A DNA stretch of 64,000 nucleotides. Source: Squalus acanthias (Eukaryota). The DNA is taken from positions 86,616,001 through 86,680,000 of the forward strand of contig CM059432.1 in NCBI GenBank assembly GCA_030390025.1. Reading direction: 5' to 3'. The notes under the pieces were generated by a model. The model had not been told where the DNA came from. It saw nothing but the letters and a program-made list of their open reading frames with translations, and did no database searches. Within the stretch, counting starts at the first letter, position 1. The number at the start of each line of letters is the position of its first letter. Of this stretch, positions 35,722 through 47,501 are shown one piece after another. A program made the position numbers and the translations under genes.

Positions 35722-37404
35722 CACAAGGCTGAAGCGTTTGCAACTAACTTCAGCCAGAAGTGCCAAGTAGATGATCCATATCAGCCAACTCCTGAGCTCC
35801 CCACCATCACAGAAGCCAGTCTTCAACCAATTTGATTCACTCCATGTGATATCAAGAAACAGCTGAGTGCACTCGATACAGCAAAGGCTATGGGCCCCGA
35901 CAATATCCCGGCTGTCGTGCTGAGACTTGTGCTCCAGAACCAGCCGCGTCTCTAGCCAAGCTGTTCCAGTACAGCTACAACACTGGCATCTACCCGATAA
36001 TGTGGAAAACTGCCAAGGTATGTCCTGTCCACAAAAAAACAGGACAAATCTAATTACCGCCCCATTAGTCTACTCTCAATCATCAGCAAAGTGATGGAAG
36101 GTGTTGTCGACAGTGCTATCAAGCAGCACTTACTCACCAATAACCTGCTCACTGATGCTCAGTTTGGGTTCCACCAGGACCACCCGGCTCCAGACCTCAT
36201 TACAGCCTTGGTCCAAACATGAACAAAAGAGCTGAATTCCAGAGGTGCGGTGAGAGTGACTGCCCTTGACATCAAGGCAGCATTTGACCGAGTGTGGCAT
36301 CAAGGAGCCCTAGTAAAATTGGTCAATGGGAATCAGGGAAATACTCTCTGGCTGGAGTCATACCTAGCACAAAGGAAGATGGTTGTGGTTGTTGGAGGCC
36401 AATCATCTAGGACATCGCTTCAGGGCAGTGTCCTAGGCCCAACCATCTTTAGCTGCTTCATCAATGACCTTCCCTCCATCATAAGGTCAGAAGTGGGGAT
36501 GTTTGGTGATGATTGTGCAGTGTTCAGTTCCATTCACAACTCCTCAGATAATGAAACAGTCTATGCCCACATGCAGCAAGACCAGGACGACATTTAGGTT
36601 TGGGCTGATAAGTGGCAAGTAACATTCGAACCACACAAGTGCCAGGCTATGACTGTCTCCAACAAGATAGCGTCTAACCACCGCCCCTTGATATTCAACG
36701 GCATTACCATTGCCGAATCCCCCATCAACATCCTGGGGTATCACCATTGACCAGAAACTTAACTGGACCAGCCACATAAATACTGTGGCTACAAGAGCAG
36801 GTTAGAGGCTGGGTATTCTGCGGCGAGTGTCTCACCTCCTGACTTCCCAAAGCCTTTCCACCATCTACAAGGCACAAGTAAGGAGTGTGATGGAATACTC
36901 TCCACTTGCCTGGATGAGTGTAGCTCCAACAACACTCAAGAAGCTTGACACCATCCAGGACAAAGCAGCCCGCTTGATTGGCACCCCATCCACCACCTTA
37001 AACATTCACTCCCTCCACCACTGGCGCACCATGGCTGCAGTGTGTACCATCTACAGGATGCACTGCAGCAACTCGCCAAGGCTTCTTCAACAAAACCTCC
37101 CAAACCCGCAACCTCTGCTACCTAAAAGGACAAGGGCAGCAGGCGCATGGGAACACCATCACCTCCAAGTTCCCCTCCAAGTCACACACCATCCTGACTT
37201 GGAAATATATCGCCGTTCCTTCATAGCCGCTGGATCAAAATCCTGGAACTCCCTCCCTAACAGCACTGTGGGAGTACCTTCACCACACAGACCGCAGCGG
37301 TTCAAGAAGGCGGCTCACCACCACCTTCTCAAGGGCAATTAGGGATAGGCAATAAATGCTGGCCTTGCCAGCGCTGCCCACATCCCAGGAACGAATAAAA
37401 AAAA
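35722..37404 (+). mobile_element. Family A non-LTR retrotransposon, 5'-truncated, A-tail
   Basis: Highly similar to 1707-3245; ends gaacgaataaaaaaaa. Confidence 0.92.
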
Positions 37405-37650
37405 GTTCATGAGCACCACTTTTATGGGCCTCAATGGCATTTCCAAAAGGAAGCAACGTAGAAGTTTTATTTTTTTTAAATAGCCAGCAGGGCAAATAAT
37501 TTGATTTTGAAAAAAACATTTCCCTCAGTAAATTGTGATTGCATTTTATTATTGGAAAAAGTCTATATTGTCAAAAAACTAATCCAATCGGAAAATAAAA
37601 ATTGTTATACAGCTTAAAAAATAACAAGTACGACAAGAATTCCAAATGAT

Positions 37651-37814
37651 CCCTGGTCTTTGCAGGTCCCAAGATGCATGCACATCACTTTAGTGACATC
37701 ATCACACACACTGCGTGATGACGCATGCATGTAGCATACAGCACATACATCACACAAATGTGCGTGATCACCAACCCTTTGCACTCACATCTTGAGGGCC
37801 TGGGAAGAACAGGG
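37651..37814. repeat. Imperfect ~165-bp palindrome (old MITE-like hairpin)
   Basis: ccctggtctttgcaggtcccaagatg pairs with catcttgagggcctgggaagaacaggg; inner hairpin catcatcac...gtgatgacg. Confidence 0.7.
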
Positions 37815-40369
37815 AGAATGCAAGATTTTTTAGGTCCAAAACAGTTTGTATTGATCCACCAAGCTGAAAAAATTCCAGTTATGGAAATTGATTAAAAAAA
37901 ATACTTTAATGATCCCTGTTCATGTTATTTAATCTTTTCTGTTGCACTGATCCTATTCAACACAAATTACATTAAAAGATTCTGAAAACTTTTGACAACT
38001 ACCCTCGTGCACACTTGACAGCGAGATCTAAATATAAAAACAGCAGCATCTGGCCACGAGGTATATTTTTCTCCAATCACTGTAAGCAAAAAGACTATGC
38101 AAGTATAATACAGACAAACCAGTGAATGGAAGAAAATATAACCCTGTGTCCTACATGATCAATGCCACAGTGAAAAAGCTCAGCACTCGTTCACATCAAA
38201 GGACACAGCACAACGACTAACAGTGCATGAAGCACAACTTCTGGATGGTCAACTGGGATTTAATTTTACTTTCCCTGTTTGAATTAGAAACAATTAATGA
38301 AAGAGAAATAAAATACAGTGTATGTAAAAAAAAAAGCAAATAAATATCTGGGGCTGTGAAGCCAAAAAAGCCATAGCACTTAAGGAAGACAAACATTTTC
38401 AGCCAGGTTACTGATGGACAAGAGATGGTGAGAAGGAATGATGCATCAAGGAGAATGGGACACAGCGGGCTGGGCATCATAGAGAGCTGGAGAGAGCACT
38501 AGGAGTAGGTGGTCGTGGGCATCAAGAACACAGAAAATAGGAGGGAGACTGCTGGGACCTCAGGAGCACAAACGTGGGAGGCAGTGAGCCTGAGTTGCTA
38601 ATGTAGCAGAAAGCAAGCTGAGCCACCAATGCAGCACAGAGGCCAGAAAGGAATAGGCCAAGACCATTGACACAGTACACAATGCTAGAGGATGTGGGCC
38701 AGGGCTTAGGAACAGAAGAGACTAGATGTATTGGAGCCCTGGTTGCATGGTAGCTCTGGGAAATTGTAGGAGTGATGCTTCTTCTGCCCGTCGCTGGACA
38801 GGAACAGCAGTGCCGAAGTGTGCTGTGCCTGTCCAGGCTCAGGTACACCTGAATTTTCTGTCCCAGACTATTACTGCAAACAAAACCTTTAGGCAAACAG
38901 GCAGCAGACAGGTCAGTTGCTGAATAAACACACTCATGCTATTCGGAGTGTCTGCTTGACTTATTTGGTAGTACTTTTACCTCTGAGTCAGAATCATTGT
39001 GGCTTCAAACCTCACTCCAGGACTCAAACTCATAGTCTACTGACATTTCAGTGCAGTATTATACTAAGGGAATGCTGCATTGTTGGAAATGCCATCCTTT
39101 GGATGATATCCTAAGCAATGTTCCCAGTAAGGTGAGCGGGTGCGCGGCCACGCAGCAATCTGTAAGGTCCCGCGCACAACTGGAGCAGTTGGAGGGGCCC
39201 AATACCCAATGGCAAAGCGCAAGCAGGAAAGGCATACAGATGAGAGAATGGCGGCACCAGGGCCCTAGACAAAGGTGGCGGCCGTACGCGCTGTATAAAG
39301 CAGAACTCCCGCCCCGCACGAAGATGGTGACACCCGTGCCCTAGACAAAGATGGCGGCGTTGCTCAATGAACAAAGCAGCAGGACCCCTGCCCCGCCTAA
39401 ATATGGCAGCACTCGCGCTCTGGCGAGCAAAAGCGGCCCTGGTGCTCCACACAAAGATGGCTGAGGGGCCTTTTCCGTCAGGTGGTTGATGCCATTGCGA
39501 TTACCTTCCCAGAAGGGACGCCTGGTGACAAGAAGCCACTGAAACTAATCTGCCCTGACAGCTGCGAGTGATTAATACTGATGCCAACCCACGCTAATTT
39601 CCCTTGATTGACCTTGTTAAGCCCGCCCAGCGGGTTTAGCAGGCCAATTAAGGGGAAGCCGGTTACAGAGAACATCAGCGTATGATGTTTCATCTGTCAA
39701 AAATTTTTGACAGATGAATTGTCATCGTTTGACAGCTCTGTGAAGCTGTCAAACACTGACATTCTATCTTGTTTGATGAGTTCTTGTATTCAAGACTCAT
39801 CAAACCTCTTTTGTGAGCAGAAATTAGATGGTTGTTGCATTGGAGAATGCAGCAGCCATCTGTCATGTCTGTCGGTGAGATGCAAGACTCTCCGCATCCC
39901 CAACGTTTGAAGCCTGCAGGAAGAAACAAAGGTAAGTAAACATTTTCTATCACTTTCCACTCCCCTCACATACTTACCTCTCCACACTTGCACCCATCAC
40001 TTACCTTCACAGCGAACTTTTGCACCCCTCCGACCCCCGCAGACCCACTGCTCGCCTCGCTGACCCTGGCGGGATTCGCAGCCTTCGGGAAGCCCGCACT
40101 TGTGTGGGTAAAATGGGGATAATCCTCTTATCTGCCTGTTAACTACCTGTTAACAGGCAGTTAAGTGGCTGTAATCCCCTTCCCGCCTCCAAGGAGACGG
40201 GACCTGGCGCGGGTCGGCTACCCGCCTCCTGGCAAGATGGCACGGAGGTGGGATGGGCACCCGCCCCCAGATTCTGCCATTTTCCCAGCAGTCCCGCCTC
40301 CATACCCGCCTCCCCAGGGCTGGCAAGATCGCGCCCAAAGATTCTAATAACTAATGACCCTTGTGCCTG

Positions 40370-40873
40370 CCATAGTTGAATAGCTGTCATTGTGTGCAAG
40401 GCGTGAGATGTGAGTGTGAGTGTTGGTAGGTAGAGGTTGTTGGTGGGTGAGTGCTGGGGGAGTGGTGTTTTGGGCAGTGTGTGAAGCTTGTGGTATAGAT
40501 GGTGATATGTAGCATTTGTTGAAGCATTCAATCACCCTGACCACCCGACTGTGGTGGATCTGGCTCCTTCTCCTTGTTGTGCTTCACCTTGCTGAGAATG
40601 AGGTGCTGCAGTATCAATGAACCTCCCCTTTAAGTACTGGGAAAAAGCCTGTGGCAATGATGAGTTGAGATTAGACTGCACCCGATACTGGTCCACCCTT
40701 TGAGTGTAACGCCACTGAGCTAAGCCTTTAAGACTTGATTTAGCGTCCCAATCACTTCTTTGAGCAGTGAGAATGAATTTTAAGTGCAGTCTAAAGCATT
40801 AGCGCCTGGCGCTAATTCTCAAACTTTTCTAAAGATACCGCCCATTCCTGGGCTATAATGAATTTCTAGCCCC
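40370..40873 (-). mobile_element. Harbinger Myb-side remnant nested in hAT
   Basis: End aatttctagcccc; the intron-like segment is homologous to 18920-19110 and 46740-46990. Confidence 0.6.
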
Positions 40874-41434
40874 AAGTGTCTTGGTGAACCTCTTCAGGCA
40901 AACTTCATTTTTTATGTTTCATGTTTCAATTCATGCGGTGTAATGCAGACAAAGGTGAGCTGTGGATGTGTAACCCAAGAAGTCGGTCCTGAACTGGAAA
41001 TGTTGATGTGAATGAGTGTCTGTTTAAAGCCGAACAATACCAAGGCGGGAGGAGGAGGGAAGCACTTTTTAATCTTAAATTAGGCTGCAGTTCTACAAGC
41101 TCTTTTGCTCCCATGGAAAGTGGTTTTGGGTGCACTTCAATGAAAAAGTGGTGGTATAACCTAAGAGATAATTGAGGGTACTAAAGCTGTGAGGCATGAG
41201 TCTCGTACGGGTTTATTTTTGCTCTGAGTGCACATTAATTCCAACTTTAGTTTCTCACCACCTCCCAACAAATGTTGGAAACAAAGTTATTGCTAATGTC
41301 TGGTGTACTAATAAGAAAACTTAACAGAACAATTAATTTGGTTCATCAAGTGTTTTCCTTCCACCAACAATATCCAGTCTATTTATTTTTGGGATGAGAT
41401 GTTAAATCTGCTCCTGTGGTTCAGATGGATTAAT

Positions 41435-41851
41435 AAGCAACAGCCAGCATGGATTTGTTAAAGGCAAATTGTGTTTGACTAACCTGATTAAGTTCTTTGA
41501 TGCAGGGTTGATGAAGGTAGTGTAGTAGATGTATATATGGACTTTCAAAGGCATTTGATGCAGTACCACATAACAGACTTATTTGGAAAATAGAAGCACA
41601 TAGCATTAATGGGACGGTGGTAACTTGGGTACATAATTGGCTATTGGATAGGAGGCCGAGAGTAGTGGTGAACGGATGTTTTTCTGACTGGGGAGAAGTA
41701 TGCAGTGGGGTTACCCAGGGGCCGGTATTCGGACCATCACTTTACTTGTTATATATAAATGACCTGGACTTGGGTACAGGGAGTACAATTTTGAAGTATG
41801 CGGATGATACAAAACTTGGCGATGTAGTAAATAGCGAGCAGGATAGTAGCA
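41435..41851 (+). mobile_element. CR1 RT fragment
   Basis: Peptides QHGFVKG, YMDFQ, SGVTQGPVFGP and KYADDTKLG. Confidence 0.85.
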
Positions 41852-42021
41852 GAGTAGAGGTAGAATAGGATGTGTGAGTAGAGGTAGAATGGGATGTGTG
41901 AGTAGAGGTAGAATGGGATGTGTGAGTAGAGGTAGAATGAGATGTGTGAGTAGAGGTAGAATGGGATGTGTGAGTAGAGGTAGAATGGGATGTGTGAGTA
42001 GAGGTAGAATGGGATGTGTGA
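41852..42021 (+). repeat. 24-bp minisatellite (GAGTAGAGGTAGAATGGGATGTGT) x7
   Basis: Seven head-to-tail units with only single substitutions in two units; there are no spacers. Confidence 0.95.
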
Positions 42022-44705
42022 GACTTTACCCAGAATGTACATTGAAGCGAGGTTCCTTCTCATCAAACCGCCAGACCTTGACATAATGGCCATCTTGATG
42101 GTTTAACTGCTAATCAATTTAACCTCATGTTTCCTGTCTGAATTTACAAAAGAACAGGAGGATGGGATGTTGCCGACCCATCTGCTTCATCCTACTCCAC
42201 CACTGTCCTGAATAATCGCAAATATTAGCATATCCTAATCGGACAATGACCACGAGATGTTATGATTAACTTTGATGGGACACCTGACAGAGCAAACTCT
42301 AACACGAGACACGAGTAATATAGTTTTTGTAAGTGCTGTGACCGGTTAGAGATTAAATAAAGCCACTAATGAGGTTTATAAACCAAAAAAGAGCAACTAA
42401 TTTCATGATTTTTAAGCATTTGTCTGATTGTTTCATGATTTGAGACGGTGGGGTGGCAATATGGCATTACTGCATATATGCTTTTAAGTAGTTGCTGTTG
42501 CTGTCGTTGTTGTAAAAGTAGTTGTTGTTGTAAAATTTGCCCATGGACAAAAAGGTTGCGCTCAAAGGAGTTCGTAGCTCGCTCAGTACAAAAAAAATTA
42601 GAGAGAACATTGATCCTAAGCCTTGTCTGCCAGTTCTGATGGATGTTATCAATCCCGTACCATTATTCAAAGAGGAGGGACTTCCTCCAGTATCTTGGAC
42701 AACATTTTTGCACAACAAAAAACAAATTAACTGATTATTCATCTTATTGCTGCTTGTGGAATAGTTGCAGTGTTTGCCTATAATAATAACCAGTCATTGC
42801 ACTTCAAAGTAATTAACTGCATGTGAAGTGCTTTGAGACATTTTTGAGACAGGGCATGAATGCAACTGACCCTTTGTTTTTAAACCAGACATTACTTATG
42901 TTGCAGTTATCATTGTCTCTTACAATTATTTTAAGTTAGGCAAAAACTACCGAAGCATAACATATTGGTTGTTGTTTGCAAGTTAACTTTTCATTATGAA
43001 TCTATGTTCATTAACTGTTGCTCTATAAAATTAAAATTCCAAAAATGTGTTGTACGCAAGGCTTTTTAGCATACTCCACAGTCAAAAAGCAGTCTTGACA
43101 TAGCAATTTCAATGGAAATGTTAGTTATTTTCCTCCAACAATAGTAAGATGCTAGGCCTAGACTTACACCATGGTTATACTGACACACAACCTGACCTGA
43201 ACTGCAGGTGCTGAACTGGAACAGGCACAAAGTAAATCAACTTAACCAACCATAAAAAAACAGAATTGGCTTGGCATTTCAGGATGTTGCCCTTCATGCA
43301 TGAAAAGTGTTAAAAGGACTGTCTGCTGGGAAAACACCATACAGTCAAAATAAAATACATTAGTTCAGCATCAGAACAGCACTGAGGTCACAGGACTGGT
43401 GATTTACTGTCCAACAGTCTCCTGTCATTTTCAAACACCATAGTACTCGAACATATGTGCAAAAAGTATATAATGGCTACAATAATCCTGATCCAGAGGA
43501 GTTTGTAAATTAAAAATCAAAATATAAAGAGCAGATGAGTTTTTACTCCATTTTGTATGTAAGGAATTGACAGATATTATGATAAGGTTTAAAAATATGA
43601 AACTATAAAAGCATTTAGTATTTCAAGGGCAGACAATAAAAATGGAAGCTAGGACTAAGAATATACAGAAAAGCCACAAATTGAGATTAGAAAGGTGAAG
43701 AGAAAGGGCATGAAGATTAGCACATTAGTATTAAAAGGATAGTCAAAGTAGGGGTGGGTCCACAAAGAAGCGGCAAGCTTATATTGCAGAGTGAGGAAAC
43801 GGCAGAGAGATGAAATAACTATGTTGTTGCAGTTTTCACACAAGAGGTGGCTATTGCTATTGTAGAGCCACGAGGTGGATGCAGAATAATTAGTGGAGGT
43901 TATTATTCAAAGAGAAATAGTCTTGAAGAAGCTACTTAAACTTAAGGTAGATAAATCACTGGTTTAAAACCAAGGATCTGAGGGGAACTAGGGAAGAAAT
44001 GGTGGAGACTGAGTACAAATTTCCAGTATTTTGTGGAAAGGAAATTTATGCCAGAGGACTGGAGGGTGGCAAATGTGACATGTCACATGAAAACAGAGGC
44101 AGGGATAAACCAGGAAATTAGACAGTCTTACTTCAGTTGCACGTGAACTAGAGTTTATAATATGGGATAGAATTAACAAGCATTGGGAGAAACATGAGCT
44201 AATCAGGGCCAGTCAGTACAGATTTTAAAAGGCATTTATTTGACGAGACAACAGACAGGATAGATAATGATGTGGTCTAAATGAATTATCAAAACGTATT
44301 TGCTAAGGTACCACATAAGAGACTTATGGCAAAGATAATGTCACATGGAGTTAAGGATTAAAACAAAGGTTAGGGGAACAGGAAATTTCTCATACTGGAA
44401 AGATGTGGCAAGTGGTGTTCCACAGGGGTCTGCATAGGGGTTGCTCCTATTTACTGCATACATAAATGATCTGCAGATGGAAATTGAGGGAACAATAACA
44501 AAAATTGCTTGATGACACTTAATTGGAGGATATGGCAAATTGTGAAAAGAATGTAGGAAAGATGTGAAGTTATTCATTTAAGAAGTAAGAATATGTAAAG
44601 CAAATATACCTTAAATGGTGAGATTTTAAATGGTGAGATTTTAAATGGTGCAGAGGGGCAGAATGTGATTCTGGAATGCATTGCCTGAAAGGGTGGTGGA
44701 AGCAG

Positions 44706-47501
44706 CAGTCCGCTGTTCTATCAGCATTTGAGACAACACGACAAACCAGAGGGTGGCTCCTGGGTGACAGGGCTATCCTAGGTGACTACCTGGCTCATGA
44801 CTCCGGTGTGCAACCTAACCGCACGTGGGCAGCATGCATATAACAAAAGCCATGCTGCCACACGGAATCTGATAGAGCAGATCGTTGACGTCCTTAAACA
44901 ACGCTTCCGCTTCCTGGACCACTCTGGAGTAGCCTGCAGTACTCAGACAGCGGTCTCAAGATTCGCTGCGGTCTGCTGCATGCTCCTTGCCATCATGAGA
45001 CCACAGCTCTTGCCACCAGGCATACGCCAACCAGCTGAGGAGGAGGAGGAGGAAGAGGTGGAGGAGGAAGGGTAAGGGGAGGAAGAGGAGCAAGAGCAAG
45101 AGTAGGAGCAGGAGCAGGAAGGGAGGAGGCAACCCAGACAGCCCCTTTCTGCCCGGGTTGTCCGTGATCGAATCATCTGACTGCAGTGAACGCAACCCCA
45201 ATTCTCCATTCAACAATAGTCCCACACCTTACCTTCCCTCTGTTACTGACCATCACAGCGCTCTCTTGGCCACAATAAAAGCCAACACAAAATAAACATT
45301 GCAAACCAATTTTATGAATCAAACCATTACAATATTTCATTCAAAAGTCAACGAATCATCCTTGTGCATTTCTGTAGTACCTGTCTTCAGTGTGCCTTTG
45401 CCTGTCCTGGTGCTCCTATGCAGTGCTATCCAAGTGGCGGCAGCATAGCTGGTGGAAGGCTGTTGACTTTCAGTGGGGGAGACTGCAGATGGCCTTGGAG
45501 GATACAGGTGGCAGTAGTCGGGGCTGGCTGGCTGAAAGGCAACAGCAAAGGCACTGGTGGAGTGGCAGTGGTGAGAGCACAAATGCTGTCATCCAGAGAG
45601 AAGACAGCAGGTTCGTCCTCCACAGAGCCATTGCCACTCTCCCAGGGTGGCGCCTCGGCAATCTTAGTAATCTGCTGGAGGACAGATTGCTGGACGTCTA
45701 TGACACCCTGCAAGCCCCTTTCTACACTGGTAAACCAGTGGTAAATGATGGCAGCAGTCTGTGCTTGCGTGGCAGCAAGCTGAGCTTGCATGACTTCAGT
45801 CTGAGCTTCCGTTGCAGCATTCAGACGTTGGGTGGCTTCTGCTTGTGCTACAATGGAAGCTGAGACATCGGCCATCAGACGCTGCATCATGGTTGGGTCC
45901 ACAAGTGTGCTAAAGGATCTGCCTACCCCTTCCATGCTGGAAGTCCTGGGCTCCACGCTCTGCGCAAAGCCCTGTGCAAGGTTGGTGCCGGACTCCTCCA
46001 TGCTCCTTAACATTGCACTCAGGCTTTCTGGCAGGCCTGCCAATGCACCAAGCATTTCTTTGTGCATGCCCATCAGCGTTCTTCTGTAGGTCGCCCCATC
46101 GAAGTCCTCATCTGAGTTCTCTGCTGCAGAACTCGTGTGCGACCTCGCTCTCCGGGGAGCTGGCACCTGCGCTACCCTTTCCCCCTGCCCTGGCTGCAGC
46201 CTACTCGTGCCCAGTGACTCACCACGTGCAGATCCCGCCTCTAAGCTACCCTCTAAAGTCCGTGCAGTGCCAGTAACTGAGCTGGTGGCTGCGAGTGTCA
46301 GATCGAGTGACTGTGTTTCTTCTTCATCATCACCCTCCTCTTCCTCTTCCTCCACTGGCTGGCCAGGTTGGATATCTTGGGTCTCTGAAATGAGAAACGC
46401 GCAAGGGTAGGGTTGTGGTGAGGGGTAGGGGAGGAAAAGCAAGAGGTGCGTGCTTACACCATCTGCAGCTTGCAAGTCAAAAGAGATTGTGGGATGAGGG
46501 GGAAGTGGGATGTGAGAAGGAGGATTAGGTGTGAGCATACCGTCATCTTCAATGCTTTCAGCGCCACCGCTGGCCATGGCTTCAGTCACAGCCACTCCAA
46601 TTATGGCGAACACCGTCTCCTCGAGCGGGGTCAGGATATGGAGGCACGCCTGTCCCCCTTCAGTTAGCTGCAGCTGCCTACAGTTGTGTGCCACCTTGTC
46701 CTGCATGAGAGACGGAAGTGTGTCAGTGAGTGTGGTTCACTGTGTTTGGCTGATGTGGCTGTCATGGTTGAATAGCTGGCAGTGTGTGCAGGCTGAGAGA
46801 TGTGGGTGCGAGGCTTGCAGCAGTGGTAAGTGTGTGAGGGTTGATGGGAGTATATCAATGTGTGGTATGAGTTGTGATTGATGGGGATTGTTGGTAGATG
46901 AGTGATGGGAGTGTGGTGGATTGAGCAGTATGTGAGGCTAGTGGTGCAGTTTATGGAATGTGGCATTTGAAAATGAATTCACTGACCTTGACCACTTGTG
47001 TGAGGTCATTAAGCTTCTTCCTGCACTGCATCAAGGTCCTCGGGGCTATGCTGCTTGCATGATAGCATCTGGCTGGATGGCCTCCTGTGGATACAGGACA
47101 TCTCTCCTCCTGTCCACCGCCTGGAGTGCTGCAACTGAAAATTTGGGAGCCCTCTCTCTGCCATGATGCACCATCTTCACTCTTCCTGTAGGCCGCACAC
47201 TCCTCTACAACGATTTCCAGTACCTGCTGCAGCCAGAATGCACCTCCCCTTTAAGAGGTGTCGGTTGGCTTGAAGAACTGCAGGCTAGCTTTAATTAGTG
47301 CGAGCCTCGCACAAACTTGGGACCCCTGCTGAGCGAGCAGCCACCACTCAGCAGCGCATTTAGCGCTGGGCTTCACACCACTATTATAATTAGCAGGCAG
47401 CACAAAGTTTGCGTGCTGCCTGCATTACACTGAATGGGCGCGGAGTAATCATGCATCGCGATCCCTGCGCCTGTTTTCGGGGGCTATCCAATTTTTAGCC
47501 C
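44706..47501 (-). mobile_element. PIF/Harbinger element, one end preserved; Myb/SANT gene (-) and transposase 3' end (+, ~44706-45190)
   Basis: TIR (reverse complement) gggctaaaaattggatagccc ends at 47501. HARBI1-like C-terminus YNKSHAATRNLIEQIVDVLKQRFRFLD is convergent with the Myb gene. Confidence 0.9.
45330..47174 (-). pseudogene. Harbinger Myb/SANT-like DNA-binding gene (NAIF1/MSANTD-like): exon 1 ~46987-47174 (damaged), exon 2 46541-46700, exon 3 from 46384
   Basis: GT-AG introns (AAG|gtcagt, tgcag|GAC, GACG|gtatgc, tttcag|AGACC). The 426-aa ORF covers exon 2, the in-frame intron and exon 3, with acidic and coiled-coil segments. Confidence 0.8.

Larger units (their letters stand above)
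39116..42612. mobile_element. hAT-superfamily non-autonomous element (3.5 kb) with 8-bp TSD, carrying nested Harbinger/CR1 fragments and a minisatellite
   Basis: TIRs CAATGTTCCCAGTAA and (reverse complement) CAATGTTCTCTCTAA; perfect TSD atcctaag at 39108-39115 and 42613-42620. An 8-bp TSD with CA(A/G)TG termini is typical of hAT. Confidence 0.88.
38945..42860 (+). mobile_element. Degraded DeuSINE split by the hAT insertion (arms ~38945-39115 and ~42613-42860)
   Basis: The head cctctgagtcagaatcattgtggcttcaaacc and core cagtgcagta...agggaatgctgcattgttgg resume after the TSD as ccttgtctgcc...ggatgtta. Confidence 0.75.

Noticed and set aside
41852..42021. CRISPR-like array or repeat protein (SRGRMGCV)n
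   Set aside because: The units are head-to-tail with no unique spacers, there are no cas genes and the context is eukaryotic. It is a minisatellite.
45426..46706. 426-aa ORF as a novel host gene
   Set aside because: It is exon 2 + intron + exon 3 of the Harbinger Myb gene. Exon 1 is damaged and paralogous decayed copies occur at 18.6-22.6 kb and 54.9-56.4 kb.
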